Of a stretch of DNA of 64,000 nucleotides, positions 1 through 13,940 are shown piece after piece (position 1 is the first letter of the stretch; each line of letters starts with the position of its first letter). Source of the DNA: the human T2T-CHM13v2.0 reference genome, Homo sapiens; assembly GCF_009914755.1 (NCBI RefSeq), contig NC_060938.1, one strand, 5' to 3'. The position numbers and the translations under genes were made by a program. The notes beneath the pieces were generated by a model that was given only the letters and a program-made list of their open reading frames with translations, did not search any database and was not told the DNA's origin.

Positions 1-460
1 GAAAAGAGAGAAGAAAAGAAAAGGAAGGAAGGAAACAAGGAAGGAAGGAAGCACTTGTCTTGTTTTGTTCCAACATATTCCAACAATAAGGAAAGATTTA
101 AGAAATTGAAGTCTCATTTTCAAAATCACTCTAAAGTAATGCTGGGGAAATTAAAAGATGAGTAGTATCTTTTATTATTAAAAAACACCCTATATTTTTA
201 CCTCTATTGCCACATTTGGGTTTAGATTTTTCACCTTAAACAAGGTGATGGCGCAAGGTCAGAGGTCAAAGATTACCCTGATACATAAATCAAAGCAAAC
301 AAATATAAAAACAAAGCAAGGAAGGAAACTTCATGTTACCATCAACACCTATAAGACTGCATTCTACCAAGTTCTAACAGTCTGAGTCCAGCCCTGCAAT
401 ATTGATCATTATACTAGTTATTTGGTATAGTTTGAGAGCTTATTCAATGATTCCAGTCTA

Positions 461-462
<2 letters not shown>

Positions 463-500
<38 letters not shown>
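463..500. repeat. (AC)19 microsatellite
   Basis: Direct read. Confidence 0.95.
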
Positions 501-503
<3 letters not shown>

Positions 504-1880
504 GTTTCATATAATTATCCATTACACTCTTCTTTAAAAGATTTATAAATAATTAAAGATTGTGGTTTTCTAAAGGTTTTATAATGGGGCATGGACTTCC
601 ATGACAGATAAGTGGTAGGTAGTGGGAATATCTAAAAAAGACTTGTGATTGGTTTTGCCAAACTGATAACTCAATTGTTTCCCAGTAAATTTGCCTTCTC
701 ATCTCAAAATGACATTTCTGCATATGCACAACCAATTATGTTATATTAGCTATCATCAGATGGAACAATTTAGCAAACAACCTCTAGATGTTAGCATGAC
801 AGCAAATTGCAATCTCCCTACGTCATTTCCAAGCACCTTCCTTCTCATGTATCAAGCGATGATCTGCAAATAAGCTTTAAATTTTGGTCTTGAGAACCAG
901 AATTTTGAATCATTGTGTTCCCAAATGTTGCACCTTTATCTATTTTATTTCCTTTTTAAAAAATGAAGTGAAATACCATTGACATTGCACTTGTAATTGA
1001 AAAGGAGTTAAATCATCTTTCTGTCAAAAATAATAAAAAGCAATGAAAATATGCTTTACTTTTATCAGCAAATGTGTCTTTCATTTAGTAATAATTAGAT
1101 TAGTCCTTAAAGAATGCTGAGAGTTTGAGATTTGAGAAACTGTTTCAAAACATAACTACTTCTAAGATTTGCCCTGATACAGAGGGCAGGAAAAAGATGT
1201 CACCTGGGCCTTACAGCCATATTGCTTTTTTTAATATTATAATTTTAATTATATATTGATATAAGAATAAGATAATAAATATAAATTTCTTTTGTTAATA
1301 AGACAGTATGCTAGTCTATAGAGCTTTAAGCTTTAGTAAACAACAGCATTTATTATGCACGTATTTACAAAGCAGTATGTATGTTACATATATTGTCTTT
1401 AAATCTCAAAGTAATCTTAGATAAGTCACAAATATACATTCATTGACTTACAAATGTTCTGCATTCTCTAGTAAGGTCAGTAACAGTTATTCATGAATAA
1501 ATTAGTGAAGACTTATATACAATCATCTCACAAAAAAAGGTAATAATCATTAGAAAATAAAGTTATAAATCTCCCATAAAAGCTATGATAGGAATCTGGT
1601 GAAAATAAACAGCACAGTCATGAAGTATGGTCTTCTGGGGCAAGTTTTTAAACCTTATTCCAGTAACCCCCACCACCACCACCACCATACACAGTGTACT
1701 TTTACTCTTTCAGATTGATCTCAATTCTGAATCTAAAGGCCCAAATGAATTCATGTATTTATCAAATGAGCCAATCATCCAACTCTTCCCAGCCCATGGA
1801 CTACAAGGCTTAATGGTTTTAACTTCACAGTCTCACAGGATATTCTTGTGAAAACTGTCAAATAGTACATACCTGTTTTA

Positions 1881-2276
<396 letters not shown>

Positions 2277-2476
2277 CTATAACACAAAATATAAAACAAT
2301 ACTTCACATCTGGAGGCTATACAAGGATAAGGAAGCTCTTAAAAATATATTTAAAAAATAGTTAAACATAATCTACTACATATAAATTCCACATCTGTAA
2401 TACATAATATACAGTTCCAAAATATAATCCTGTTACATTATTAAACTTGAAAAGAAATTTAAATTTTAAAAGTACA

Positions 2477-2771
2477 GGCAGGGCACAGTGGCTCATGCCT
2501 GCAATCCCAGCACTTTGGAAGGCTGAGGTGGGAGGATTGCTTGAGGCCAGGAAATCAATAACAGCCTGGGCAACACAGTGAGACATTGTCTGTATAAAAA
2601 AATTATAAAAATTAGTCAGATGTGGTGGCACACACTTGTAGTCCCAAACACTTGGGACGCTGTGGCAGGAGGATCACATTAGCCAAGACTTTGAGGCTGC
2701 AGTGAGCTATGATTATGTACTGTACTTGTAGTCTGGGCCTTATCTCAAAAAATAAAATAATAAAAATAAAA
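2477..2771 (+). mobile_element. AluJ-type SINE
   Basis: GGAGGATTGCTTGAGGCCAGG left arm, diverged, A-rich tail. Confidence 0.85.
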
Positions 2772-2811
2772 TTAGAGTACTAAAATTATATTACTTAAGA
2801 ATCACTTAATA

Positions 2812-3121
2812 GGCCAGGCCCAGTGGCTCACACCCAGTGGGATTCCTTAAATCCCAGCACTTTGGGAGGCCGAGGTAGGAGGACCTCTTGATCCCAGGAG
2901 TTCCAGACCAGCCTGGGCAATATGGCAAAATACCATCTCTACAAAAAATTTAAAAATTAGCCAGGCATGGTCACCCATACCTGTAGACCCAGCTACTCAA
3001 GGGGCTGAGGTGAGAGGATCACTTAAGCCTGGAGGCCAAGACTGCAGTGAGCTGTAATTGTGCTACTGCACTCCAGCCTGGGCAAGAGAGTGAGATTCTG
3101 TCAAAAAAAAAAAAAAAAAAA
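2812..3121 (+). mobile_element. AluJ-type SINE
   Basis: Dimeric Alu with poly-A tail and a short insert near the 5' end. Confidence 0.85.
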
Positions 3122-6100
3122 CACACAGTAAAATGACAAATTCTATACTTCATCATTAAATCAGAAATCAGTAGACATATAATATAGCCAATTATAAAAT
3201 TGGAATAAAAATATATACACCTAAGCCCCAAAGACCATCATTAGTTTAAAAGGAGTTTGTTGGTCCAGGTGAGTTGGATTGATCAAGCACCTAATTACTT
3301 TCGGCTTTCTCAATCTATGTGGAATGTGTGGAGTATCTAAAATTAGTAATAAAGAGAAAAATGACATCACAACTATTAAGAAAACAATGTATAATACAAT
3401 TAAAGTGAAACAATTACAAGCAAAGTAATGCTACTTTCAAACCAAGGCACTAACCTTACTTCTTTAGTGAGCTATCTACTTAAAATCTCACTGTTAAATT
3501 TCTTTAGCCAAAAGATGATTCTGAAAAGTGAAACTATATGCCAGGAGTCTTATAAATGCTATTACTCCATTTAAGTACATTTAAGAGTAAAATATCAGTT
3601 GCCTTTCTAATAAGGTAATAACCAAAATGAACAATCATATTAATGGCATCAAGCATCCCTAAAGAGTAACACAGCTCATTTGAGGAAAAAAAAAAAAAAA
3701 AAAAAAGTATGTGTGTGTGTTTGTGTGTGTGGTAGATAAGTAGATGATGTACTATGAAACCAAACTAGCTCTTCCTCTGGAATTTTTTTCCTTGCTTTAA
3801 AACAATTCCTCCTCAGTCTACATATTCAAGGTTTCTTTGACAGTAGAAAGTAACAGTGTTTCAAAGTGAAGTCAATGATTGTTATTATTTTTTACCCTCC
3901 TGAAAACAATAACCATGTACACTAACAGAATACATATCTTTATATACAACCAGGCTTCAACGTCACACACTTGCAAACTAAATAAACAAACATAATGTAA
4001 ATAAAACCCTGGATCAATACTTTCTAAAAAGAAAGAATAACATATTATATAGCCATACATTGTTACATACAAAAAAGCAAGACTAGATTTTTCACCTAAA
4101 CTAGAAGATGAAAGAAATAATTCTTTACTTATATAAGTCAGTATATACTTAGGGTACGTTATCTTAAAATAAGTATTTTTTGTTGAATTACCATCACAAT
4201 GTTTCAAGTACAATCGTGTCTGCTACATAATTAGAGAACAACTATACTCTAAATTCTAAATAATAACAATAATAATTTACAGGTGAGTTTCTCAGGGAAA
4301 CTTATGCAGCCTTGTACACCTCAGTTGCTCATCCCAAAGGAAATGTCCTGTGATGTTACTGAAACTGTCAGCTAATATTTCCAATGCTCGTATGATCTAT
4401 GTTAGTACTTAGGGAGCTCCTGAACAAAGTGAATGAAAAACTTCTTAACACATTTAAAACAACAGATGTGGAAGACTCAGAAAGATCAGGAGAACCTTCT
4501 GCTGTAAGTTCCACACGACTTCAGCCCACATAGTAAATTGTAAATGATTTCAAACCCTCTGCTCTCTCCTGAAACATCCAATCCCCAAACTCCTGTCATC
4601 CTTCCTCATAGCTGACGTCCTCATAAGGTACTTCCAAAAAAAAACTGAAATAAAAGACAAAAGAACTCCCTCCCACTTCCTTAACTCCACACTGACACTC
4701 TGCCATTCCTACTGTCACAACACACAGAGATCCTGTATCCTGTGATGGACCTTCAGCTCTCTTAATTTTGTTTCTGCTGGGATAATAATATATTCTGAAA
4801 GAGATGACAAATGACAGAGAAATTGAAAAAGTCCTCTGTCCAGAAACACTATCCAGTATATATTTATTTACAGTATTCTGTATATAAATAACCCTCAAGT
4901 TCACATCTATAAATCTAACCCCAACTTTTTTATAACCTAAAAAAAAAGTGAGATCTTTACCTTAACTATTCCAAACAGTCAAACTTTTCAAACTTCTTTG
5001 AGAGAGAGAAGAAACTACTAGAATAAATACAAAAGGAAAGGATTCCCCTTATAAATCAGTCACCAATCAGGGCTGATGATTTTCCCTTTCCAGTATTTCT
5101 CCCAGTCTCTCCCCCAAGTCTTGACTCATGTTCCAACTAGCTCATGACTGAACTTCGGTGCTCTTTCTGCCATAACATTTTTGGCATTCTAAAACCTCCA
5201 TACAGCAAATCCATCTTTCAGATGTCCTTGGTATGATGTCGCTATGAAAAGATTACTGAGGCTTCTAGCAATTTGAGTTTAATTCAAGGCCTTTTCATAA
5301 CTGTACTTCCCTTAAATACCCAGGCCACCACCTGCAGGCCTGCTGCATTCCATAGGTGCTTGCTGTCCCTCTCCCTCTGCTCTCGTCTCACTCTCTCCAT
5401 GTAACACGCCCCTTGGTAGCTTCTGAGACACCTGGAATTCACCCTCCATTTAAAATCCCACTACCAAACCTCTTGAACTAGGCATCAGTCTCTCCATTCT
5501 GAACTCCAGGAGGAAGTGGGGGGCGGGGTGGAGGGAGAATTCAAGCTGGTCAAAACAAAGTCTATCAATATTACTTTGACCCAATTTGAATATTCTCTGA
5601 CACTACTTCACTTGCTTTAGAATTTAGAAAAGTTAAAATTGTACAGAATTACCTTTGCTTTTTGAGAAATTTTGTTTTACATTGTATACGTGCTTATGAA
5701 GCATTGCTGTTTCATTAACTGGTCTGCATCCAAACGGAGAGGATTGTATACAAGGCTTTCACAGTGCCTAGGAGTGCTCCTGCTGACCCACAATAGACAT
5801 TCCACAATACTGATGTGGAAAAGGAGCATGATATGACTTACATCAGCATTAGACAAAACGTGTCATTTTCTTGGAAGTTGCAAACAGTTGACATTACCCG
5901 TAATATAAAAGTAAATTTCCATAAATAAATTCCTGGCACTCATTGTTACCTTAGTCTAGAACTTTCACAACTTTCTAGATCAGTGATTTTTTTCCACCTG
6001 GAGCTTTTAACATTCCTGTGCTCAGTGCTGCAATTCACAACCCTTAAGATTTAGCAAACTCTGTTACAAATAATTTAAAGAAAGCAATTCATGATTATTC

Positions 6101-6802
6101 AAGTGATAATTAGAAAGCAAAAGGAGTGCTAGCCAGTCCTCCAGGGCTGAAAAATTCAGCACCTTTAGAGACCTCTGTCTCCACTCCTGAAACGCTGGCT
6201 GTTTACACTAAGAAGACTGGCGCCATGGCCCCCTCTGCCTCACGTCTGTATCACCCCCTTCCATGCAACATCCATCTGGATGGCTCCAGAGGCAACCTGA
6301 AAATCCAAATTGCTACTGTAAACAGTGGTGGGTGGGCTGAGTCTCCTCTGGGGGTGGCCTGGCCCCGGATAATGACCCTTCTAACCTGCCTTCAGTGGCC
6401 GCTGTCCAGAGCCCCACAGCCTCAAACTTAAGGACACAGCCAGCCTCGGGGTGTTCCTGGACATCACCCCCACCACTTCAACGTCCTACTATCAGCATCC
6501 CGGGAATGAAAAATAGGAAGGTCGCAACTTTCAGGTTTTGTCGTTGGAAAATGTGTTTCCATGCTCATACAGAAGTGGAACTAAAAGATGACAAGGCCTT
6601 GGGTACCTGCACTCCTGGTCAGTTGTTTTGACAACTGGCCGAGTCAATCACACTCTCTTAAAAGCTTATCTGACAGGTGAGAAATTCCTTGTCTCCAGGT
6701 CATTCCGGGGGCACTCTGGTGCAGGAAGGAGGATTCCTGCACCAGGAATGCGCTGGTCCAGGGTCCGTAGGGGAGAGAGGGGAAGAAAACTGGGAAGTCT
6801 CA

Positions 6803-7570
<768 letters not shown>

Positions 7571-7744
7571 CTAAGGGGAGGAGATGGGGAGGAGGGAAAA
7601 TGGCCGAGGCGGGAGGACTCTGAGGCCCGGAACGCGGCAGCCGGCTCGGGGCCGCCGGCACTGGGGAGGCGCCGCCGCCGCCAAGAATCTGCCGCCTGGC
7701 GCGCTCGGAAGGACGGGGCGACGGGTCGGCGCGGCCCGAGCGCC

Positions 7745-8024
7745 GGGCGGGGGCCGGGGCGGGAAGGGGGCGTGAGGGGCGGGGAAGGGGAGCTGGGGGC
7801 GGGCACTGGGGAGCCACCACCCGGCGGGCGCGGGAGTCGCAGGAGCAGCGGCCGCAGTGGCCGCAGGGTGCCCGGTCGCCGCCCCCTCCGCCCGCAGTTC
7901 CCGGGGCCTGAGCCTCCGCGAGCCGGGATAGGACCGAGTGGCGGGGCTCGGAGCCGCCTCGGCAGGCGCGGCCCTTCCCTCCCTGCAGGGATTCCCGTCC
8001 TCTCGGGTCCCGCTGCCCCGCCCC
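7745..8024. promoter_or_regulatory. Sp/KLF GC-box cluster
   Basis: GGGGCGGG at 7756-7763, GGGGCGGGG at 7776-7784, GGGGGCGGG at 7795-7803, CCCCGCCCC at 8016-8024. Confidence 0.65.
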
Positions 8025-9049
8025 GACTGCGGACGGAGTGGATGGGGTGCACCGCCTCAGACCCGCTTCCTGGGGTCGCGAACTTCCCGGGCCCCAAGGT
8101 CCCTGCCACCTCTTCCAAATGCTGGAGGACTACGCACTTCTACAAGTGAGGTGACTTTTGAGGAATTCAAGAATGCTGATCACAGCGGTTCCCCTTGGGT
8201 CTTACCTTCGGAGGGTCAAGGGAGGATGGGTCATCTGGAACCCACTTACATCCAGGCCCCTCTGGGAGCCCTGGGGTTTGTGGCCAAAGAGGGTAGGAAG
8301 CCACTCCACAGAAAGGGGTTTAAACTTGTCTCTACCCTTTTTGTCGCTCTGACGCGCCCTTACAGCCAAACCTACGTACTCCACCCCAGCTCCTAAGGCA
8401 CCGGATATACACAGTGATCTAAGGAGAGGGTCGCTTTGGAAAGAAAAGGCATTGACTGCCCAAGGGCAGGAGGGAGGTCTGATGCGGTCTCCTTTCCTTT
8501 ACCTTATTCTTTGCGCCTGAAGTTTCTACTTTGGAGCTTCAGAAACTATTTTCCTTCTCCTCTATCAATCTAAAGTCTGTTATATAGGAGCAGTGCCCCC
8601 AAGTCCACCTCAGCACCGCCACCGTCATCACAAGCACAGCCATCAGGATTGGGCACAACCTGCCCTAATTTGGATCGCCGTTTATTTTTACTGTTGTTTT
8701 GGCAGGGTGGGGATTGCTTTACATTCGCTGGAGATGAATTATAATTCTCCCCTCCAACCAGGGTGGGCTTCATGGGTGTGCGACTATGCAGTTGTATAGG
8801 CCACAGCTCATAAGACCCGTGTTTGGTTTAATATTCTGGGACAATAGTCTACTGTCGCTGTTTTGTTCTTCTTCATAATTTTTAATCAAGGAGTCTCACA
8901 TTTGTATTTTGCAATGGGCCACGCAGATAATGTAGTCAGCTTTGCCTCTCTCTTCGCCACTTCCCTAGACTTTCCCCTTCCTCTGCGTAAGTACACACAA
9001 ACATACCTAAACAAACATTTTGTATTTTGTATAGCTTATTTTGTTCTGT

Positions 9050-9050
9050 T

Positions 9051-9089
<39 letters not shown>

Positions 9090-9091
9090 TT
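9050..9091. repeat. (TTTA)n microsatellite
   Basis: Direct read. Confidence 0.9.
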
Positions 9092-9589
9092 GTCTTAACT
9101 TCTGGTTGTGGCCCAAGATATTGCAAGGTAGCTTCCTTTAGAACCGTGTTCCCAGGGTCAGTAATGGAGCCCCAAACACTGCAAGGCTGCACAACTGCAT
9201 TGAAGAGACTTGAATTTATTCTCTGAATGTGATGGTTTGATAAGGTCTACCTGTGTTTACATTTTCCCTGCATAGTTACTTATGAGGTGGTCCTCTTCAT
9301 CCCTGATACAGGTAGGTAATTTTCCTAATGTTCTAGACTCAGCTAATCTAGGAAAATGGTGGAATTTTTCTTGATGAAATGCCTTTCTGAATTCTGAAGG
9401 AGGTTTTTTTCTTTTAAATGTCCGAAACTATACTTCATTTTCTTTGAAATCAGAATAAAGTTAATATTCCACAGTTTTCTATTATCAAAAAAAAGCTTGC
9501 TGGTCAGTTTACAAGAGACTTACAAAAAGCTAGTTTCACTTGAGATTCAAGAGCGCTGAAGACATTCATGTTTTATAGATATCACAACT

Positions 9590-10640
9590 GCATGTTGAGG
9601 ACTTCTCTGTTCCAGGCACTGTACTGGCACCAGTTGCACAGCTGTGAAGACAGGTGGTCCTTGCCCTAAAAAGATCACAGTGAAAAGGGGAGGGGGGATG
9701 GAGTAAAACCACAAATGATATTATTTCTAATATTCATAATTGCAATGAATTTTTTAAACCCAATGGCGAAGACAGTGACTTGTGGGAGGAGGGATGAAGA
9801 AATGGGCACTGCTCTGGACTGGGAATGAGAGAAGACTTCACTGAGAAGTTTACATTTGAGCCAAAATCTGGATGATAGAAAGGGTAGACTTCAGAAGAAC
9901 TAGGGGAATAACATTGTAGGCATAGGTAACAGAGAGTGCAAAGACTCTAACACAGAAATATATTTAACATTTTCAAGGCATAGGAAAAGAGGGGCAAGTG
10001 CGTGAGATGAGGTCAGAGAGCTAATAGAAACCAGGTTACCAGGAGTCTTGAAAGCCATGGTAAAGTGTTTTTATTTCAATTCTCAGTGCACTACCAACCC
10101 ATTGGAAGGTTTTAAAGCAGGGAATAATAAGATTAATTAGCATGTTTTAAAAGATTACTCTGGATTTTGTGTGGAATATAAGAGAAAAGAGTAAAAGTGG
10201 AGACACTGGGTAGGAGACTATTGCTGTTTTTGAGTCTAGAAACACGGGTTAGACTCCTATGGTTGTAGAAGAGATGCTAAGAAATGGGAAACTGCAGGCT
10301 CTATGTTGGCGGAAGTTCTTGCTGAATGAGTCAGAGATTTACAAGGAGTGAGAGAACAAGGGTGTCACAAAAGACTCCCAAGTTTCTGAGCAATTGGACT
10401 GATGGTGGTGCCAATAATTGACACAGAAGATAGAGAGTGAGCAAGTTCAGGGAGAAATAAGATTTCTACTTTGACCATGTTGAGTTTGATATGCTGCTAG
10501 ATATTCAACTTAGAAATAGCATCTAGAGCTGGATATATGGGTCCAGCATCCAGAAAAGAGAAGAGGGTCAGAAATACATTTAGAAATCTTCTCAGTGTGC
10601 AGAAGGCATTTCAATGTGAGATTAGATGAGAGCTCTAGAG
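9590..10640 (-). mobile_element. L2 LINE fragment
   Basis: Resembles the reverse complement of the L2 3' region (ccaggcactgtac..., agattactctgg, ggagactattgc, gactcccaagtttctg, catgttgagtttga). Confidence 0.65.
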
Positions 10641-11356
10641 AGAAAGAGCTTAAAGTACTTATCAGTTATGAGACTTACAGGAATTTTAAAAAAAGTATGA
10701 ATAACTTCTTGTTAGACTATGATTTATCAATAGTATGAAAGATTTATGTAGGGTGTTGGAAATAATTGATAAGGAAACAGGAGAAGGAATTCTAAAGATG
10801 CCCTAGAGAATTAACATTACTTTTAAGACGGTGAAATATTACTGAATGCAAAAGAGTGAATAAAGAAAAACAAGAAGAAAAAAATCGTGTATCTACTGGA
10901 CCTCCCCATCGCAAACAGAAAATTCCCATGGAGTTGGTTATTGCAATTTCTATTGTAGGCACCTGAAATCTAACAGTTTTCCAACTGCTGCTCACTTTTG
11001 CTGAATGACAAGGGAATGAATAAACAGAGAATATCTATAATAAACCTGGTGTATATCTCTGGCAACTTTGAAATTGAACATAGAAAACTTGAAGGATTTG
11101 GGAAAATCTGGTTTTAATCTCTTCTGGATGTTTTAATCTTGGAAAAGAAAAGAGGATATAGAAAGTGAATAGTAGCTTATATTAATTATATTCATGAAAT
11201 GGGCTTTCATTATTTTAATCCTGGCTAACAAGACAAGAATAAGGGACTTCTAGCAGTGACTGGGAGCACCACTTTGTAAAGAAAGTTTCATGCCCTAATG
11301 AAGACTCCACATAAAAGTGATGTGGACCTGCAAGGGTAAGAAAGTTTCATGCCCTA

Positions 11357-11672
<316 letters not shown>

Positions 11673-12435
11673 TCATGCCCACATAAAAGTGATGTGGACC
11701 TGCAAGGGTATGCAGAGTTACGTGGAGGTACTTCCAACAATTTCCAACGATGAATGTTAATCTTGTCAGGTTGTCTTCAAAAGATAGTTGTATGTTCAAG
11801 TCATTTTGGAAATATACAATAATTCACAAAAATCAGAAAAAGGGCTGAGAATAACCTGATTTGAGTGGCACTCAGCCTCACTCACTGTATGCTTTGTCCA
11901 AATTAAATGGACAGCAGAGAAAGGAAAGTGAGAAAAAAAAAAAGTGCAAATCTGTGGCTGAAAGGATCATATCCCCTCGTCCAAACATTTGCCAGCTTAA
12001 GAAATTGAGGATTACAGAAATTATATACCAATGTGGAAATCAGAGATTTGAGGGAGAAAGTATGGTTCCAGTATATCCTTCCTTTATATATTATTGAGCA
12101 CTGGATGTTATGTGCATGAAGATAAAGATGGATAGATGGATGACTATATGATTTAAAAATTTATTGTTGTTTACTTGCTTTAGAATGTTCATCTATAATT
12201 GTTCATCAGACCAGGCTAAATAAGGATAATGGCACAAAAGAAAAATAAGACCCAAATGGAGACATCAACCACAGACACCTGGCAAAAAATCTTCTGCTAA
12301 AACCTGATTTTGTGACAAAATGCTGCCTTATCTTGCTGATGATTTCATGGACAATAAAAGGAAAGAAGGTAAACTTGTTAACCTAATTTTTCACCAAGAA
12401 GAAAAACTAATTTGTTCTTTAAGAAACCAAATTTC

Positions 12436-12734
12436 GGCCGGGCGCAGTGGCTCATGCCTATAATCCTAGCACTTTGGGAGGCGGAGGCAGGTGGATCACA
12501 AAGTCAGGAGTTTGAGACCAACCTGGCCAACGTGGTGAAACCCTGACTCTAATAAAAATACAAAAAATTAGCCGGGCGTGGTGTCAGGCACCAGTAATCC
12601 CAGCTACTTGGGAGGCTGAGGCAGGAGAATCACTTGAACCCAGGAGGCGGAGTTTGCAGTGAGCCAAGACAATGCCCTAGCCTGGGCAACAGAGCAAGAC
12701 TCCATCTCAAAAAAAACAAAAAAAGAAAGAAAGA
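12436..12734 (+). mobile_element. AluS (Sg-like)
   Basis: Full Alu with TSD AAGAAACCAAATTTC at 12421-12435 and 12735-12749. Confidence 0.92.
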
Positions 12735-13219
12735 AAGAAACCAAATTTCTAGGTATGATCCTAGAGTCAGAGACCCTGAAAGGACAGGAGGCCCTTGAAG
12801 AAAAGCTTTCAACTATAAAATCATAAATGATCCAGGTGAGGAATAAATGCAGAAACCAGTGTGACTACACCTCAAGTTTTGGATAAGTACAAACAGGCCA
12901 AGAAAATGAACAAAAATAGAGATAGGTATATGAACAAGAGTAAATAGAAATTATTATAAGCTAAAAACAATCAATTAGCTTTAATAGTTCCATGTTATAT
13001 ATGAACGATGCTCTTGGGGAATTTTATGTTATGTTATAGAACAAGGGCTTATGAACTACTTCTTATGAAAGACTTAGGGTTCTCTCTAGGCCCTAATGGG
13101 TACAGTTAGACATCCTGCCTCACTTTCAACCAAGCAGCTCTCCTTTCATTTGTTAATATACCAGGGTCCCACAAATTTGTTTGAAAATAAAAGTTCCTAT
13201 TGCTAACAAATCTGAAATT

Positions 13220-13505
13220 CTTTAGTGTGGTAGGATGTGAATGAGCTCTGGGGAAAAGGCTGATCTAATTTTGATGCTAAATCTGCCACTTATTAATGTT
13301 GTGGCTCAGAGGAGAGATGGCTGGTTTCTTACCTGACCATCTCCACTAACTGTGGCTGGAGCCACAGTCACCTCATTGGTAAAGTAAAAAATTACACTAC
13401 TCAAGAGTTGTGAACATTAAATGATTTAGTTTATATAAAAGCACATAACACAGTGCCTGCCACAAATACTAGCTATTAATCACCCCAAAATACTAGCTAT
13501 TATCA
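13220..13505 (+). mobile_element. MIR fragment
   Basis: atctgccactta and gagttgtgaacattaaatga...aaagcacataacacagtgcctg match the MIR core. Confidence 0.6.
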
Positions 13506-13739
13506 ACTATATTAGTCCAAACATCATTCCTGCCAGCCACATTACTTACTATAATGTTAAAACAACAGAGAAAACAAGCCTAACTCCATTTTGCTTGGTT
13601 TCTCTAGCAAGATAAAAGGATGTAAAAAAATGGTTAAAAGAAAACTGAAGCTCAAAATAAATGAAAAGATGGTCACACATTATCTAAATAGGGGATGAGC
13701 ATTCAAATAATCACAAGACTGTACTGATGGATGTATTGC

Positions 13740-13940
13740 AAATATCTTAAAGTATTCTTGGAGAGAAACAAATGTCTTGATTTTCAAAAAGATTTCAAAA
13801 TGTAGACCAGTGAGTTTAGCATCAATAATCAGCAACATTCTAAATCAGATTATTTAAACAAATGGTTCGTGAAAAATTATGAATTAAAAGTAGTTCCTAA
13901 AAGCAGGCATGAGTTAACTAAAATAAATGTTGTTATATTA
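13740..13940 (+). mobile_element. L3/CR1 LINE reverse-transcriptase fossil
   Basis: Translates to TNVLIFKK and CRPVSLASIISNILNQII (13801-13854). CR1 RT motifs are ANVxPIFKKG and NYRPVSLTSIPGKILEQII. Confidence 0.7.

Noticed and set aside
6156-6176. RE1/NRSE-like TTCAGCACC
   Set aside because: Left half-site only; the GGACAG right half is missing.
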